63,439 nt of DNA, filler included, from Octopus bimaculoides (GCF_001194135.2; 5 parts of 3 records of this genome joined end to end with filler, not necessarily neighbours in it); one strand, 5' to 3'. Shown: positions 24,041 to 37,249, counted from the whole stretch's first letter. Numbers and translations: made by a program. The notes: a model not told the origin generated them from the letters alone.

Positions 24041-24135
24041 CGATGATGATGATGACGATGAGGGGGAGAAATGACGGCGATGACAACGACATTGGTGAAG
24101 ATGATGATGGTGGTGATGATGATCATGATGATGAA
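23965..24135. repeat. (GAT)n low-complexity tract
   Basis: Visible; gives poly-Asp, poly-Met and poly-Ile pseudo-ORFs. Confidence 0.95.
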
Positions 24136-26970
24136 CAGATTTTGCTTCTGGTGATATTAATGATGACTAACAAATGGGCTTCAGTATGTGTGTATGTGTG
24201 TGTGAGAGGGAGAGAGAGAGAGAGAGCGTGAAGGAGAGAGGACAGCGTCAGAGAGATATAGAGAGTAACTGAGGGAGAAAGAGGAGAAACCAGAAATAAC
24301 TGCTCACACATTCGTACACTTGCATTCATATGTTCATAGGGAAAGAAGAGGGGAAAAAAAGGAGAGGAGGTAGAAAAGAAGATGAGTGGGGCGAGGCTTG
24401 AGAGGCAAGAAAGACAACGAGTTCAAGAAAAGATTTGATTAATTTGAAGAATATTGTTCCCAAAGAGGAAATATGTCTCTCTCTGGGGCTACCCACACTG
24501 CTCCTTTGATAGTTATATANNNNNNNNNNNNNNNNNNNNNNNNNNNNNNNNNNNNNNNNNNNNNNNNNNNNNNNNNNNNNNNNNNNNNNNNNNNNNNNNN
24601 NNNNNNNNNNNNNNNNNNNNNNNNNNNNNNNNNNNNNNNNNNNNNNNNNNNNNNNNNNNNNNNNNNNNNNNNNNNNNNNNNNNNNNNNNNNNNNNNNNNN
24701 NNNNNNNNNNNNNNNNNNNNNNNNNNNNNNNNNNNNNNNNNNNNNNNNNNNNNNNNNNNNNNNNNNNNNNNNNNNNNNNNNNNNNNNNNNNNNNNNNNNN
24801 NNNNNNNNNNNNNNNNNNNNNNNNNNNNNNNNNNNNNNNNNNNNNNNNNNNNNNNNNNNNNNNNNNNNNNNNNNNNNNNNNNNNNNNNNNNNNNNNNNNN
24901 NNNNNNNNNNNNNNNNNNNNNNNNNNNNNNNNNNNNNNNNNNNNNNNNNNNNNNNNNNNNNNNNNNNNNNNNNNNNNNNNNNNNNNNNNNNNNNNNNNNN
25001 NNNNNNNNNNNNNNNNNNNNNNNNNNNNNNNNNNNNNNNNNNNNNNNNNNNNNNNNNNNNNNNNNNNNNNNNNNNNNNNNNNNNNNNNNNNNNNNNNNNN
25101 NNNNNNNNNNNNNNNNNNNNNNNNNNNNNNNNNNNNNNNNNNNNNNNNNNNNNNNNNNNNNNNNNNNNNNNNNNNNNNNNNNNNNNNNNNNNNNNNNNNN
25201 NNNNNNNNNNNNNNNNNNNNNNNNNNNNNNNNNNNNNNNNNNNNNNNNNNNNNNNNNNNNNNNNNNNNNNNNNNNNNNNNNNNNNNNNNNNNNNNNNNNN
25301 NNNNNNNNNNNNNNNNNNNNNNNNNNNNNNNNNNNNNNNNNNNNNNNNNNNNNNNNNNNNNNNNNNNNNNNNNNNNNNNNNNNNNNNNNNNNNNNNNNNN
25401 NNNNNNNNNNNNNNNNNNNNNNNNNNNNNNNNNNNNNNNNNNNNNNNNNNNNNNNNNNNNNNNNNNNNNNNNNNNNNNNNNNNNNNNNNNNNNNNNNNNN
25501 NNNNNNNNNNNNNNNNACACACACACACACACACATACACACATGGCCATACACACCCATATACGTCCATGGAAGGAACGATAAGTCTTTGTCCAATGGT
25601 GTGAGTTACCACACCAGCCACAACAAACTCACAATTTAAGAGTTCAGAAAAGTGCTCATTCCAGTGATCGGCAGCCTCTGTTGATTTAGTGAAGAGAGCA
25701 GAGACGTTTTGAGCCTCATCATCATTTTTATAAAACTAGTTCTCCGTGACAGTATGTAACAGAAGGAAATCCAGTGTTTCAGTAACGCATTCGAAGCTCA
25801 CTTCCTGTTGTCAATTCTTCCTATGCTCGAATGACGATTATCAAGAACCTACCCGACACAAGGATCTTTTAGACATTCAAGCGTCGATATATATTTTAAA
25901 ATTTATCCTTTCCTTTTACACACCATCCACAACTTTACTCACATTAAACAATGGTTCGTTCAACACTGAGCCTTAGAAGGGCTTGATATAACAGATATGT
26001 CAGATATCGTCTTTATGAATTATTACATAAGTTGCAAGCCTTAGACCTTGGCTTCATCCATGCTGTCCCATGCTCACCTTTGTGTGTAAAGTGAGTACTG
26101 GCAGTGTAGACTATTATCAACAAAGTTCTAGGAGAGTGAAGCTGTTGGAATTTAACTTTTCCACACCAAAACACCCGTTTGTCAATCCAGTTTCAACCCT
26201 GGAAGTATAGCGTCTCAGTAAAACAATCTTGCCTGGCTTTGGAAATTTCCATAGACAGTTTTTAGTTGGACAAAGGGTGTGTTTTTCTTTTTATCAGAGT
26301 TGGTTAGAGTAGGAGCATAGATACTTACAAGAATAACATATCGCCCACCTTTCTATTGTCAGCAGAATCACCAACCGCTTGTTTAACGGAACAGGAAGCT
26401 TTTCCAATTCCTTAAGCATTTCAGAACTGTCGGCAAGATCTACACCAGCTTCCTTGTATTCTTCTCTCGATTTCTTATTTCAGAAAAAACGTGCAAACAT
26501 TTTCAACTTCATCCAGCTGATCATTACCTCAAAATCGAATCTCTGTGAAAGATACCTTATTGGTTCATTTCTCGTACAATAAGTGCAACACATCTTTCAG
26601 GCTAACATTCATTCCTTTTATGCAATAGCGCATGAAATAGTTTTGTTTTCCGTTTCTATTCTTTCCAGCGCCATATTTGGTTTTGAAAGAGGAAAGGGGA
26701 CATTCATTAACCACGCCAAAATAAATACCAAACAGGAAAAGACAGACAGTTTGTAAATCATATTTTCCAGAATGTCTCTGATTATCGGTTGAGCAATGAT
26801 CTTCCATAATGGAGCTGCTCATACATACGTAGAGTAACGTATTTCCATCGCTGTCTTAGAAGATAAGGAGAATACTTTGTGACTAACACGGGTCGGTGAC
26901 TGAGTACTTCCAGCCCGTTAGATCTGCATGCGTTCTTCATCGCCACAGAACTTTTAATAAAGAATGTGTG

Positions 26971-27070
26971 TGTATGTATGTATGTATGTATGTATGTATG
27001 TATGTATGTATGTATGTATCTAAGCATACATACATACATACATACATACATACATACATACATACATACA
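26971..27070. repeat. (TATG)n / (CATA)n back-to-back, self-complementary microsatellite
   Basis: The two tracts are reverse complements separated by about 6 nt. Confidence 0.9.
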
Positions 27071-28039
27071 CGCATACGTACATGCATACAAATAACGTCC
27101 GCCAAACTGACATACAATGAAATATCGTCCAGAACATGGTACAAACTTTTAACTGACATGACCAAACATCATACAATTTAATGAAAACTTATGTAACAGA
27201 ACAAATGATAAAATGTCACAAACATGTTGGTTTATATAAATCTTTCAAAACTTTAAATAGCAAATATGAAATGAAATGTCGCCCAGGTTATACTTGACAA
27301 TGTGTCATTTGGTCGACAGATATAACATAAAAACCCAGACTAAAATGGATTATATTTTCCTTCTTCCTCTTGAGATAGGGTTAATATTTTCTTTAATCTT
27401 AATGGTTTCTAAATTTTCTGCTGACGTTTCTGTTTAGATTAAGTTTCTTTACGTTCCTTTTCTTTTTATTAAAACATTAATTTTTTTTTTGTAATTAATT
27501 TACTTCAGACTTTTCTAGTTTTCCTTCTATTATTATCATTAATATTATTATTGTTATTAAAGTTCTCTGGTTTGAATGCTATTATTCCCTTTGTTTTAAG
27601 TGTTGCAAGAAGATGGAAGGTGGAGAAGAAACTATTTCTCCCTTTTAATTTTTTATCTAAAATAAACACGGCTATTGTTTCCACTTAGGGTTTAAAAAAT
27701 AGCAAAGCTTTCCTTTGTTTGCTGTTTCAAAAATCGGTAAGAAACATTTTTTGACAATACAATTCAATTTTAGACAAGACAAAAAATATAGATAAATATA
27801 ATTTGAATTTTATTTTAGATTTGTACTCAGCAGCCGTACAAAATTAATTGTTTCGGTCTAATTCTTGTTTCATGTTAGATATATGTACGACCTTCAAGGT
27901 TCTTCATTAATCCTATTTAAGTCCACTTTGGTGCTCGCTATTAATCGAATGATTAAAACGAAGTCTCTTGTCAGCAAGGACGTAACTTCTGTGCAGCAAG
28001 CTAATGAAATATCTTTTACTGTTGCAGCCGTCTGGCTCT

Positions 28040-28190
28040 TGTGAAGGCACGTGGCCCAGTGGTGAGGGTGTTCTGCTCACGACCGTAATGTCGTTGATTC
28101 AATTCCAGTACCGAGCAGCGCGTTGTGTCCTTGTGCAAAGCATTTCATTTAACATTACTCCAGTTTATTCACCCGAAAATGAGTATCTGC
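28040..28190 (+). mobile_element. SINE family F head + CORE-like
   Basis: GTGAAGGCACGTGGCCCAGTGG...GCGTTGTGTCCTTGTGCAAAGCATTTCA. Confidence 0.7.
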
Positions 28191-28829
28191 TGAGTGCTTA
28201 TGTAGCTTTCTCTTTCTCCACCTATCACATGCCCAATGTTCGATTGGCTCAAAGGGCTGGAGGCCTGAGAGGATGCCTGTCTCTGTTCAGGGCTACATTG
28301 GGACCTAAAACAATTAGCGAAATTAGGTGCATGTTACCAAGTCACATTTATTCGCAGGTGGTAGCTGACTGTTGATCTGGCTCCCCGTGGTGGTGCATGG
28401 TGCTTTTACATTGACTATTTACAGCTAGGATTAATCTCGTTTACCGAGACAGGGCAGTACTGATGACGAGGTACAAAATGCCGATTCTCCGACCATCAGT
28501 CTAACACTTTATCGATCTGGCCAGCTGGAACTTCTGCAAGACAATAGAAGATAAGGTAACGGTTAACTAAAATATATAACATCCAAAATCATTCTATTCA
28601 GTAATATGAAAGAAATTTATGTATCATCCTGGAAATAAAGGATAGTGATTTTGGCCCATTGGAAGGATATCGGTGGTGGGAGTGACTAGGTCAGATAACT
28701 GCTATTTCAAAGTCAAACGTCGGAGAGCAAAGTTACAGGTAATGTCAGCGAACAACTCGGTTCCGATTCTCGGTTTGGGCTATGACATACGAACATGTTA
28801 TTTCCGTTTCTTGAGCATATAATCGTTTT

Positions 28830-29215
28830 TCAATTGGTACAAGACAAGTAATCTTGATGGCAGGGGTTAGTCGATTCCATCGATGCAAATACTAGACTGG
28901 TACTTTATTTTATCGACCCCAGAGGGATGTAAGTCAAAGTTGATCTAGGCTTGATTTGAACTCAGAACATAAAATACCGGAAGAAATACCGCAAAAGATT
29001 TTTTCTGACACTGTACCGATTTCACCAATTCGTCACCTTCAACAATTTTTTTATTCAAGTAGAAAAACCGGTAATTTTTAGGGACGAGATTAAACGATAC
29101 CACCATTGCCAGTTTTATCGACCCCAGAAAGAAAGATTGGCGAAGTTGACCACGTCGAGATTTGGACTCGAAATATAAAGATCCGAAGCAAATACTGCAA
29201 GGTGTTTTTCCCCAA
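28830..29215 (-). mobile_element. two diverged family D SINE copies (28830-29040, 29110-29215)
   Basis: Both contain TTTTATCGACCCC...AGTTGA (reverse complement of the Deu/Nin-like core). Confidence 0.7.
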
Positions 29216-29408
29216 AGGCTCAAAATATTCTGTCAGCTTCAAGCCTTCAATTGAATATAAAATGCTTATATTATTTTTATTTATTTCTTATTTTTAGACA
29301 GCTGTCCTTTTCCCGCTGTGACGAATTGAAGTTCTGTGTTGTTACCGTATATTTTTCAACAAAATCGCTTTGTAATCCTTTAATATTTATTCGCCGTATT
29401 CCATTGTA

Positions 29409-29694
29409 GTACTTACTCTATCGGTCACTTTTGCCGAACCAAGTTACGGAGACGTAAACACACCAACATCGATTGCCAAGCGATGGTGGTGGTGGGGGTA
29501 AATATACACACACACACACACACACACATATACGACAGGCTTCTTTCAGTTTCCGTCTACCAAATCCATTCACAAGGCTTTGGTCGGCCCGAGGCTATAG
29601 CAGAAGACAGCTGCCCCAGGTGCCACGCAGTGAGACTGAACCCGGAACGCTGTGGCTGGTAAGCAAGCTACTTACTACACAGCTACTCTTGTGC
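29409..29694 (-). mobile_element. family A SINE, head plus part of 3' region
   Basis: TTTCAGTTTCCGTCTACCAAATCCATTCACAAGGCTTTGGTCGGCCCGAGGCTATAGCAGAAGAC...CTTACTACACAGC. Confidence 0.85.
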
Positions 29695-30031
29695 ACAATT
29701 AAAGGAATCTAATTAAAATTTTTTACAAGTTCAACTAAAAGTGCAACAAACTTTTCTTATGAATTGTAAAAGCAAAGAGAAACTGCATATATATTCATAA
29801 AATTCTTTGTAAATAATATCTCTCAGCAAGGAAACGTTACGACGCAAAGATTAACGGAATTAACTACTTGAGTAGTTTTAAGTGGATTTTTTGGGCACTT
29901 TATTTGAATTAGTTGCAGTAGCATTACAAGTAATGCAGCGAGGTATCAATTAGGAGACTTGGGTTCGATTCTTGCTCCTTACTCATTCTTGCTCTCCATT
30001 TCTTGTTTTATTGAATATAAATATATCATCG

Positions 30032-30223
30032 TGGACAAGATAAGCAAGAAAAATAAGGTAACAAATGGTGGAATGTGAGAAAAGCTGAAAATACAAAGAC
30101 TCATATTGTTGAGAATCAAGTTTACAAAAGTATTGCATTTTGGACATGCAATGCGCCAGGAGTCCTTGCCGTGGCCATCCAAACGAGAAGTGTGGAGAAG
30201 AAGAGAGTAAAAGGTCGTCAAAG
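30032..30223 (+). mobile_element. RTE LINE fragment, inverted copy of 30652-30844
   Basis: High-identity reverse complement; encodes KNKVTN...FGHAMRQESLP. Confidence 0.85.
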
Positions 30224-30518
30224 CTTAGTGGCTACGGTAATCAGCCTACGATCGTAAGGTCGTGAGTTCGATTCCCGGCGGTGATTTGTGTCCTTGAGCA
30301 AGGCACTTTCACATTGCTCCAGTCCACTCGGCTGACAAGAATGGGTCGTACCTGTAATTTAAAGGGCCAGCCTTGTCACATTCTGTGTCACGCTGAACCT
30401 TTACAACATCTACACGTGTCTGTGGAATGCTCAGCCACTTGCACGTTAATTTCACGAGCCGGCTGTCTCGTTGATCGGATCAACTGGAACCCTTGTCGTC
30501 GAAACCGACGGAGAGCCA
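30223..30518 (+). mobile_element. 5'-truncated SINE: F-type head/CORE plus family B tail
   Basis: GTGAGTTCGATTCCC, TGTGTCCTTGAGCAAGGCACTTT, then CAGCCTTGTCACA...GTTGATCGGATCAACTGGAACCCT. Confidence 0.85.
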
Positions 30519-30520
30519 TT

Positions 30521-30960
30521 TATATATCATCATCAGTCACTTGCCTTCACTGTGTCCAGGGGTCGGCTTGCCATGACTCTCCTGTTGAATGCATGTATTC
30601 AGCCAAGCTCTTCTTTCTTGTCTATTCTTTGATATCATCAGTTACAAACGTCTTTGACGGCCTTTTGCTCTCTTCTTCTCCACACTTCTCGTTTGGATGG
30701 CCACGGGCAAGGACTCCTGGCGCATTGCATGTCCAAAATACGATACTTTTGTAGACTTGATCCTCGACAATATGTCTCTTTGTATTTTCAGCTTTTCTAA
30801 TATTCTGCCATTTGTTACCTTATTTTTCTCGCTTATCCTGTCCAATCTGCGGAAGATCCACGGCTGGAAGGCTTCTATCTTTTCCTCTATAACTGCATAC
30901 ATTGACCTCGTCCCTGTCCCGTGGAAGACAATTGACATAATAATCTCGGTTTTACAGGCA
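30521..30960 (-). mobile_element. RTE LINE 3' end with (GAT)n tail
   Basis: IEEKIEAFQPWIFRRLDRISEKNKVTNGRILEKL...KVSYFGHAMR...KRAKGRQRR. Confidence 0.9.
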
Positions 30961-31019
30961 GTGTTATATAATATATATCAATGTATGCTTATATGTATAT
31001 ATATGAATGAATCAATCAC

Positions 31020-31080
<61 letters not shown>

Positions 31081-31124
31081 NNNNNNNNNNNNNNNNNNNN
31101 NNNNNNNNNNNNNNNNNNNNNNNN

Positions 31125-31136
31125 TTAATTAATTAA
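31125..31136. other. assembly linker TTAATTAATTAA inside N gap (also 46512, 58263, 61366)
   Basis: Identical 12-mer with stops in all six frames, centred in about 100-nt N runs four times. Confidence 0.9.
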
Positions 31137-31196
31137 NNNNNNNNNNNNNNNNNNNNNNNNNNNNNNNNNNNNNNNNNNNNTATATACATATATATA

Positions 31197-31848
31197 TATG
31201 CGGTATGCATCTCAAACGCAATGAAAGTGAGCTTTTTTGAAACGAATCATCACTGGCAATGAAAAATGGATTCCCTACAATAACATCAATCGAAAACGAT
31301 CATAGTCTAATCGTAATGGACCAGTACGAACAACATCGAAAGCTGAATTGCATCATAAAAGGTCATGCTGTCAATTTGATGGGATTGCAAAGGTGTTGTG
31401 TAGTTTGAGCTGCTTCCAAGGAACCAAACGATCAATTTAGGTGTTTACTATCAACAACTAATGAATCTGGAGGAAGCAATCAAAGAAAAAGGGCTAGAAG
31501 TGGCAAATCGTAAAAGAATTGTGTTCCACCACGACAACGCTAGACTACACACGTCTTTGCTCGTGAAAACTTATTGGAGCTTGGTTGGGAAGCTATGTTA
31601 CATTCACCATATAACCCTGACCTTGCACCATCAGATTACCAATTATTTCAAAATTTGCAAAATTCTTTGAATGGTAAAATTTTCAATAATTATGATCTGA
31701 AATCGCACTTGCTTCAGTTTTTAGCTGATCATGACCAGAAGTTCTATAAACGCGGAATCACAAAGTTTCCTGAAAACTGTAACTGAATAAAGTTCATTTT
31801 TTGTATGAAAAAAATTTACTTTTATTTCACACAGGCGAACCCAATATA
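31197..31848 (+). mobile_element. mariner (DD34D) transposase pseudogene, 3' half and TIR remnant
   Basis: FLKRIITGNEKW...VFHHDNARLHTS...HSPYNPDLAPSDYQLFQNLQNSL; stops and frameshifts; ends AACCCAATATA. Confidence 0.95.
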
Positions 31849-31967
31849 TAGCTTGTTAGGGGCTTCGAAAGTTGAAGTAGCACGGAATCCGAATCGAACA
31901 GTTTTGAATAATACATGTCACTTCCAATAGATGTGTTGAATGTCTTTTCTTGTGTTTGTTCACTCAC

Positions 31968-32146
31968 TTTAAGGGTATCACGAAAGTCCTCGCTGGAGGC
32001 CCAACCTGCCGAGTTCTTTTACAGGGCTTAGAAAAACTGAAGGGCCGCTGCAATAAGCGTGTGAATCTGAGAAGAGAATATGCTGAATAAAATCATAATG
32101 AACGGATCCTCGCGTATTTTTATTTTACCCAAAGCCAGAAAGTTTG
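31968..32146 (+). mobile_element. partial second copy of the 9394 mariner MITE
   Basis: CAGGGCTTAGAAAAACTGAAGG...GTGAATCTGAGA...TTTTACCCAAAGCCAGAAA. Confidence 0.85.
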
Positions 32147-32152
32147 TATACA

Positions 32153-32292
<140 letters not shown>

Positions 32293-33363
32293 TGTGTACT
32301 GATAATGCCAATGCTTGTTTACCAAGTTATGTAGTTGTGTGTTAGTACTATCACTTTTTATTATTATTGTTGTCGTTTTTGTTGTTACTGCTACTGATGA
32401 TGTTGCTGTTGTTCCTGTTGTTATTATTTCTTTCGGCATTTGTTTTATTTTATTTCTTCTGTCTATTTGTGTTTGGCTACTTCTATTTCAGAAACAAAAT
32501 TATGCAACTAAGTAAGAATAACATATCTAGATTCTTGCAATAGTGAATCTATCCAAGCAATTTAAATGAGCGCATGGAGTCATTTACCGTATTGTTTACA
32601 ACAAAAATTTCCATCATGGTGTGAGGTTATAACTTGTCGACTTAACACACCGAAATATGTCTTTCAGTGTGTGTGTGTGTATGAGTATGTATCTATGCGT
32701 GTATGTGTGTGTGTATATATATATACATATATNNNNNNNNNNNNNNNNNNNNNNNNNNNNNNNNNNNNNNNNNNNNNNNNNNNNNNNNNNNNNNNNNNNN
32801 NNNNNNNNNNNNNNNNNNNNNNNNNNNNNNNNNNNNNNNNNNNNNNNNNNNNNNNNNNNNNNNNNNNNNNNNNNNNNNNNNNNNNNNNNNNNNNNNNNNN
32901 NNNNNNNNNNNNNNNNNNNNNNNNNNNNNNNNNNNNNNNNNNNNNNNNNNNNNNNNNNNNNNNNNNNNNNNNNNNNNNNNNNNNNNNNNNNNNNNNNNNN
33001 NNNNNNNNNNNNNNNNNNNNNNNNNNNNNNNNNNNNNNNNNNNNNNNNNNNNNNNNNNNNNNNNNNNNNNNNNNNNNNNNNNNNNNNNNNNNNNNNNNNN
33101 NNNNNNNNNNNNNNNNNNNNNNNNNNNNNNNNNNNNNNNNNNNNNNNNNNNNNNNNNNNNNNNNNNNNNNNNNNNNNNNNNNNNNNNNNNNNNNNNNNNN
33201 NNNNNNNNNNNNNNNNNNNNNNNNNNNNNNNNNNNNNNNNNNNNNNNNNNNNNNNNNNNNNNNNNNNNNNNNNNNNNNNNNNNNNNNNNNNNNNNNNNNN
33301 NNNNNNNNNNNNNNNNNNNNNNNNNNNNNNNNNNNNNNNNNNNNNNNNNNNNNNNNNNNNNNN

Positions 33364-33685
33364 AAACCCTAGTGGAACAAAATCGTAACTGCTGATGAAC
33401 TAGCAGAGAAGCTTGGATTTGGTCATTCAACCATTCATCGACACCTGCGTGCCATCGGAAAACGATTGTCTTTGGTTTGAAGACGAAAGGTGTTCTTCCA
33501 TCAGGATAATGCTCGGCCACATACAGCAAGGGTGACATTCCAAACGCTGGAGCAGTTTCAATGGGAAACGATCCCTACCCACCATATTCGCCGGAAATTG
33601 CCCCATTTGATTATCATATATTCCACAGTCTTCAAAATCATTTGGATGGAAAAAATATGAATTCTGTAGACGAGGTCAGAACAAC
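33364..33685 (+). mobile_element. second mariner relic with internal deletion (HTH joined to catalytic domain)
   Basis: ADELAEKLGFGHSTIHRHLRAIGK joined to VFFHQDNARPHTARVT...PPYSPEIAPFDYHIFHSLQNHL. Confidence 0.9.
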
Positions 33686-35199
33686 CAGTCCTTCAAGCGA
33701 CGCTGTATTTTGTCTTCTGGAAGATCGCACAAAGTGAGAAACTCTGAGTACCAACAGAGGAATCATCAGTGTCGAACAAACAAATTTTCTCCTTCGTATG
33801 TCAATGAGTATTTAGGGACAATTTGAAAATATATGCAGCAAGTAATTACATAAATAGAACTAAAAATAAAATACAAACCAAAATAATTAAATCAAGTTAT
33901 GTTATGACAGAAAACATATTTGTGTTATCACTCACACTCAGGTAACAAATCACTGGCTAGGTTGGATTAGAACATACTACGTTCCTACAAGCCTTCTATT
34001 ACTTGTATTACCGCCTCATACACCTGAAGTTCCTGTCAACATTTTTGAGTGGGTTAGTATAGATAACAGCTCACCTCATCAGCATATGCTTGTCTTATTT
34101 CATTGTAATATCTTTGTAATGCTTTCATTCACAACCTCTCCTCTGCCTGTCTCGTACATTCCAGTTCCAACTAGACTTGTACGAGCTATACATCACCGAA
34201 ATCTCCCCTGTATTACAGATAATTATCTCTATTAGATATTCGTTAATATTTGAAGAATGGTGAATCTCAGATGGTCGCCTTTCTTGTCATCGTCTTCAGT
34301 GCTTCATATTTGAATTTTTATATATTGACTGACAAAAGATCATATTTGCTTAAAAGTGTATCTGTATCATGACTGGGAGGTCATTATATTTCTCACAAAT
34401 ATAATTTGACAGTAGTTATGGGAATAATGCTTTTATTAAAATACCTCGTTTAAAAAACCCATATCTTGAAATGTTAGCACGTGTTTTCACATACTTTGGA
34501 GGATAGAAAATAATTTATTCTTGCATAACTTAACGCTAAAACTTGCTAATGATACTTAAGTATTATGCTCTCTGATTTGTGTTATTAATTTTTGTAACAC
34601 CTAAAATATATTAATAAACTCTTTGATATGCGCTCAAAATTTTATTGCCATTAACTACGGAGCGCCGTTTTACCCTCACGTGTTTAGAAAGACAAATGTT
34701 GCGAGAAGCAGTGACATCCCCCAATAGCACTTTACACAAAAAATAATTTTTCAGATTTTCTTCATTTTTTTCACATATGTCATCAAATATTTCTTTACAG
34801 AGCAGTTAACAAATACTTTTAGAGCTGGATATGAGAATCATACGTACAGAAGATACTGGAAAAGTATTACACAAGCAGAAAATATCAATTCTGTTCTTTT
34901 CTTTTTTAGTCGAGAATGACAATGAAATTTAATTACGCTGTCAAAGAGTCTAAATACATGAATTAACTCTCCCAACTATAGAACATAAAATCTGAATATT
35001 TTAGAAAAATAAACAAATTCTAATATAAACAATAACTCATAATCTATCCCCCATGGTATTAAAACTGCGTACTAGCATGCCGATGATAAAGTTTTAAATA
35101 TAGAATTTTAATGATTGCGTTCAAAATGTGTAATTTTTATATATAACACACACACACTCTCACACGCATACACATACACGCAAAAAAAATTAAAGGTCC

Positions 35200-35396
35200 T
35201 TCCCGATCTATAAACCCATAAGGCCGGTGTCCTGGATTCTGCGGTCCCTCACAGAATTACTCATTTTAACCTGCTGGGTGTTATGGAGCAACGTGAAATG
35301 AAATGTGTTACTCAAGAACACAACACATCGCCCCGTCCGGAAACTGAAACCACACTCTTACGATCATGAGTACAACGCCTTAAAAACTAAGCCACC
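35200..35396 (-). mobile_element. diverged family F SINE
   Basis: GGAGCAACGTGAAATGAAATGTGTTACTCAAGAACACAAC...ACGATCATGAGTACAAC is the reverse complement of the F head/CORE. Confidence 0.6.
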
Positions 35397-35403
35397 TTCC
35401 TAT

Positions 35404-35434
<31 letters not shown>

Positions 35435-35438
35435 TGTA

Positions 35439-36497
35439 TACACAGGTTGGTCAGGCTAAATATGACAATTTTTTGTCTCCCTTTTTTCAAATAGCTTGAT
35501 ATATTGAAGTGAACAACCAGTGGCTTTAGAAAGTATAACGATAAAAGTTGTTGGGGGAAAACTAACTGATACGGAAGACTAGAAGCCATCTGAATATCGG
35601 AAAACAGTTTCCTGTATCATGGTGATTTGCACTGACATAATGACTGCTGGTCAATGTTGTGTGAACACTGTAAAGGCTATAACACGTAACATGGACGACT
35701 ACAATGGAGACTACGAACGAAACAGTAGCCAGCAGGAAGGAACACAGCAGGCGGTCTGACTGCGTCTGCACGCTCGTTTATCCAACAACTGCACAACAAG
35801 GTGATGGAAGATCCGCGCAAGGAAATCCGAGCTTTGGTGAGAGCGATGGGTGTTGGAGTAGCTACAGTGAAGCTGGCTCTGGATGAGAGCCTTCGTTCCC
35901 ACTCGTACAGGGGGCACAAGGCACATATTCTAATATCTAAGAACCGCTTGAAGAAGGCAAAGAAGCTCGTGAACTAGCGAAGACATTCTGTTGAGCCGGG
36001 GATGATCTGGTTATTCTCAAACCCTGGCTGGAGAGGATTACTGCTGGAAGGTCATATGTGTGATAGCAAGATTTGACTTTTTGCTAAACGTCTGGAAAGA
36101 TTCAGAAGTAGTTGTCAGAAAATTTCTACATCTTTACCATCCCCTACTCCTGGCCTCCTAATTACCCCGATTATAATGCAATGGTTTACTATGTATGAAA
36201 TGCAGTTGAGAAAGACGCCAACCGCTGTACCTCCAGCACCAAGTCCGAGCCGGTGGCCAAGATCAAGATGTGTTCGAAGGTTTTCCCAGGGACACAGTAA
36301 GGAATGCATGCGCCAGGTTCTGGAACCGTATTGAGGCTGTGGTGGAATCTGAAGCCATCTACTTTGAGTAAACTGTTATCTCCCAGCCATAAATCTTTTG
36401 ATTTTTTAAAAAATACTTATATTCATTTTTGGATGGGATATTGTGCGTTCTTTTCCATTTATGGGAACTGTCAAATTTAACCCGAACATTCTGTGTA
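35439..36497 (+). mobile_element. maT/DD37D-type Tc1-mariner element, internally deleted, with degenerate TIRs and TA flanks
   Basis: KPWLERITAGRSYV..QD...WPPNYPDYNAM(V)YYV (37 residues between second D and the mutated third D)...IEAVVESEAIYFE*; TIRs CACAGGTTGGTCAGGCTAAATATGACA / reverse complement CACAGAATGTTCGGGTTAAATTTGACA. Confidence 0.85.
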
Positions 36498-36541
36498 CAT
36501 ATATATATTGTTTGTATGTGTATGTGCGTGTGTGTGTGTAC

Positions 36542-36582
<41 letters not shown>

Positions 36583-37013
36583 TGTGTGTGTGTATGTGCG
36601 TGTGTGTGTGTGTGTAAGAGTGTGTGTGTGTAAGAGTGTATTGTGAAAGATGGCGGGGAGGAAGTGAGAGAAAGAGACAGGGTAAACGGGAGAGCAAAAG
36701 AAGAGTTTGATGTGTCCTGCCGGCATTTCTTAATTTTCTAACGTTAAAACTCCTAACTAACAGCTATTCCATTACATATTTGCCCTCTTTCTTCATTTTC
36801 AGTATTGAGTCATCTCTGTTTTAAGGAAAGGGCAGCTAAGATCCCAAAAAGCAGAGCATTTTGGTTTTTTTATACTTTATTCTACTTTACATCTAAATCT
36901 CCTTGTGATATTTCATGACAACTGGTTGGAAAATTGGAACCGTGTTTTATGACAAGCATCGGCGCTTGCATGTATGCGTATGAGTGACTGTGTATACTTA
37001 CATATATATATAC

Positions 37014-37062
<49 letters not shown>

Positions 37063-37249
37063 CATACATACAAACACACACATACACACGAACACACACA
37101 CACACACACACACACTCGCGCGCGCGACGCACATAAATAGAGGATGGGATGAGTCAGAGACGGAAAAGATGCATTATTGGGCTACTTCCTCATTGATACT
37201 GATTACAAAACTTGATATATTAGGATTGGATATTATAAATCCTCCTCCT

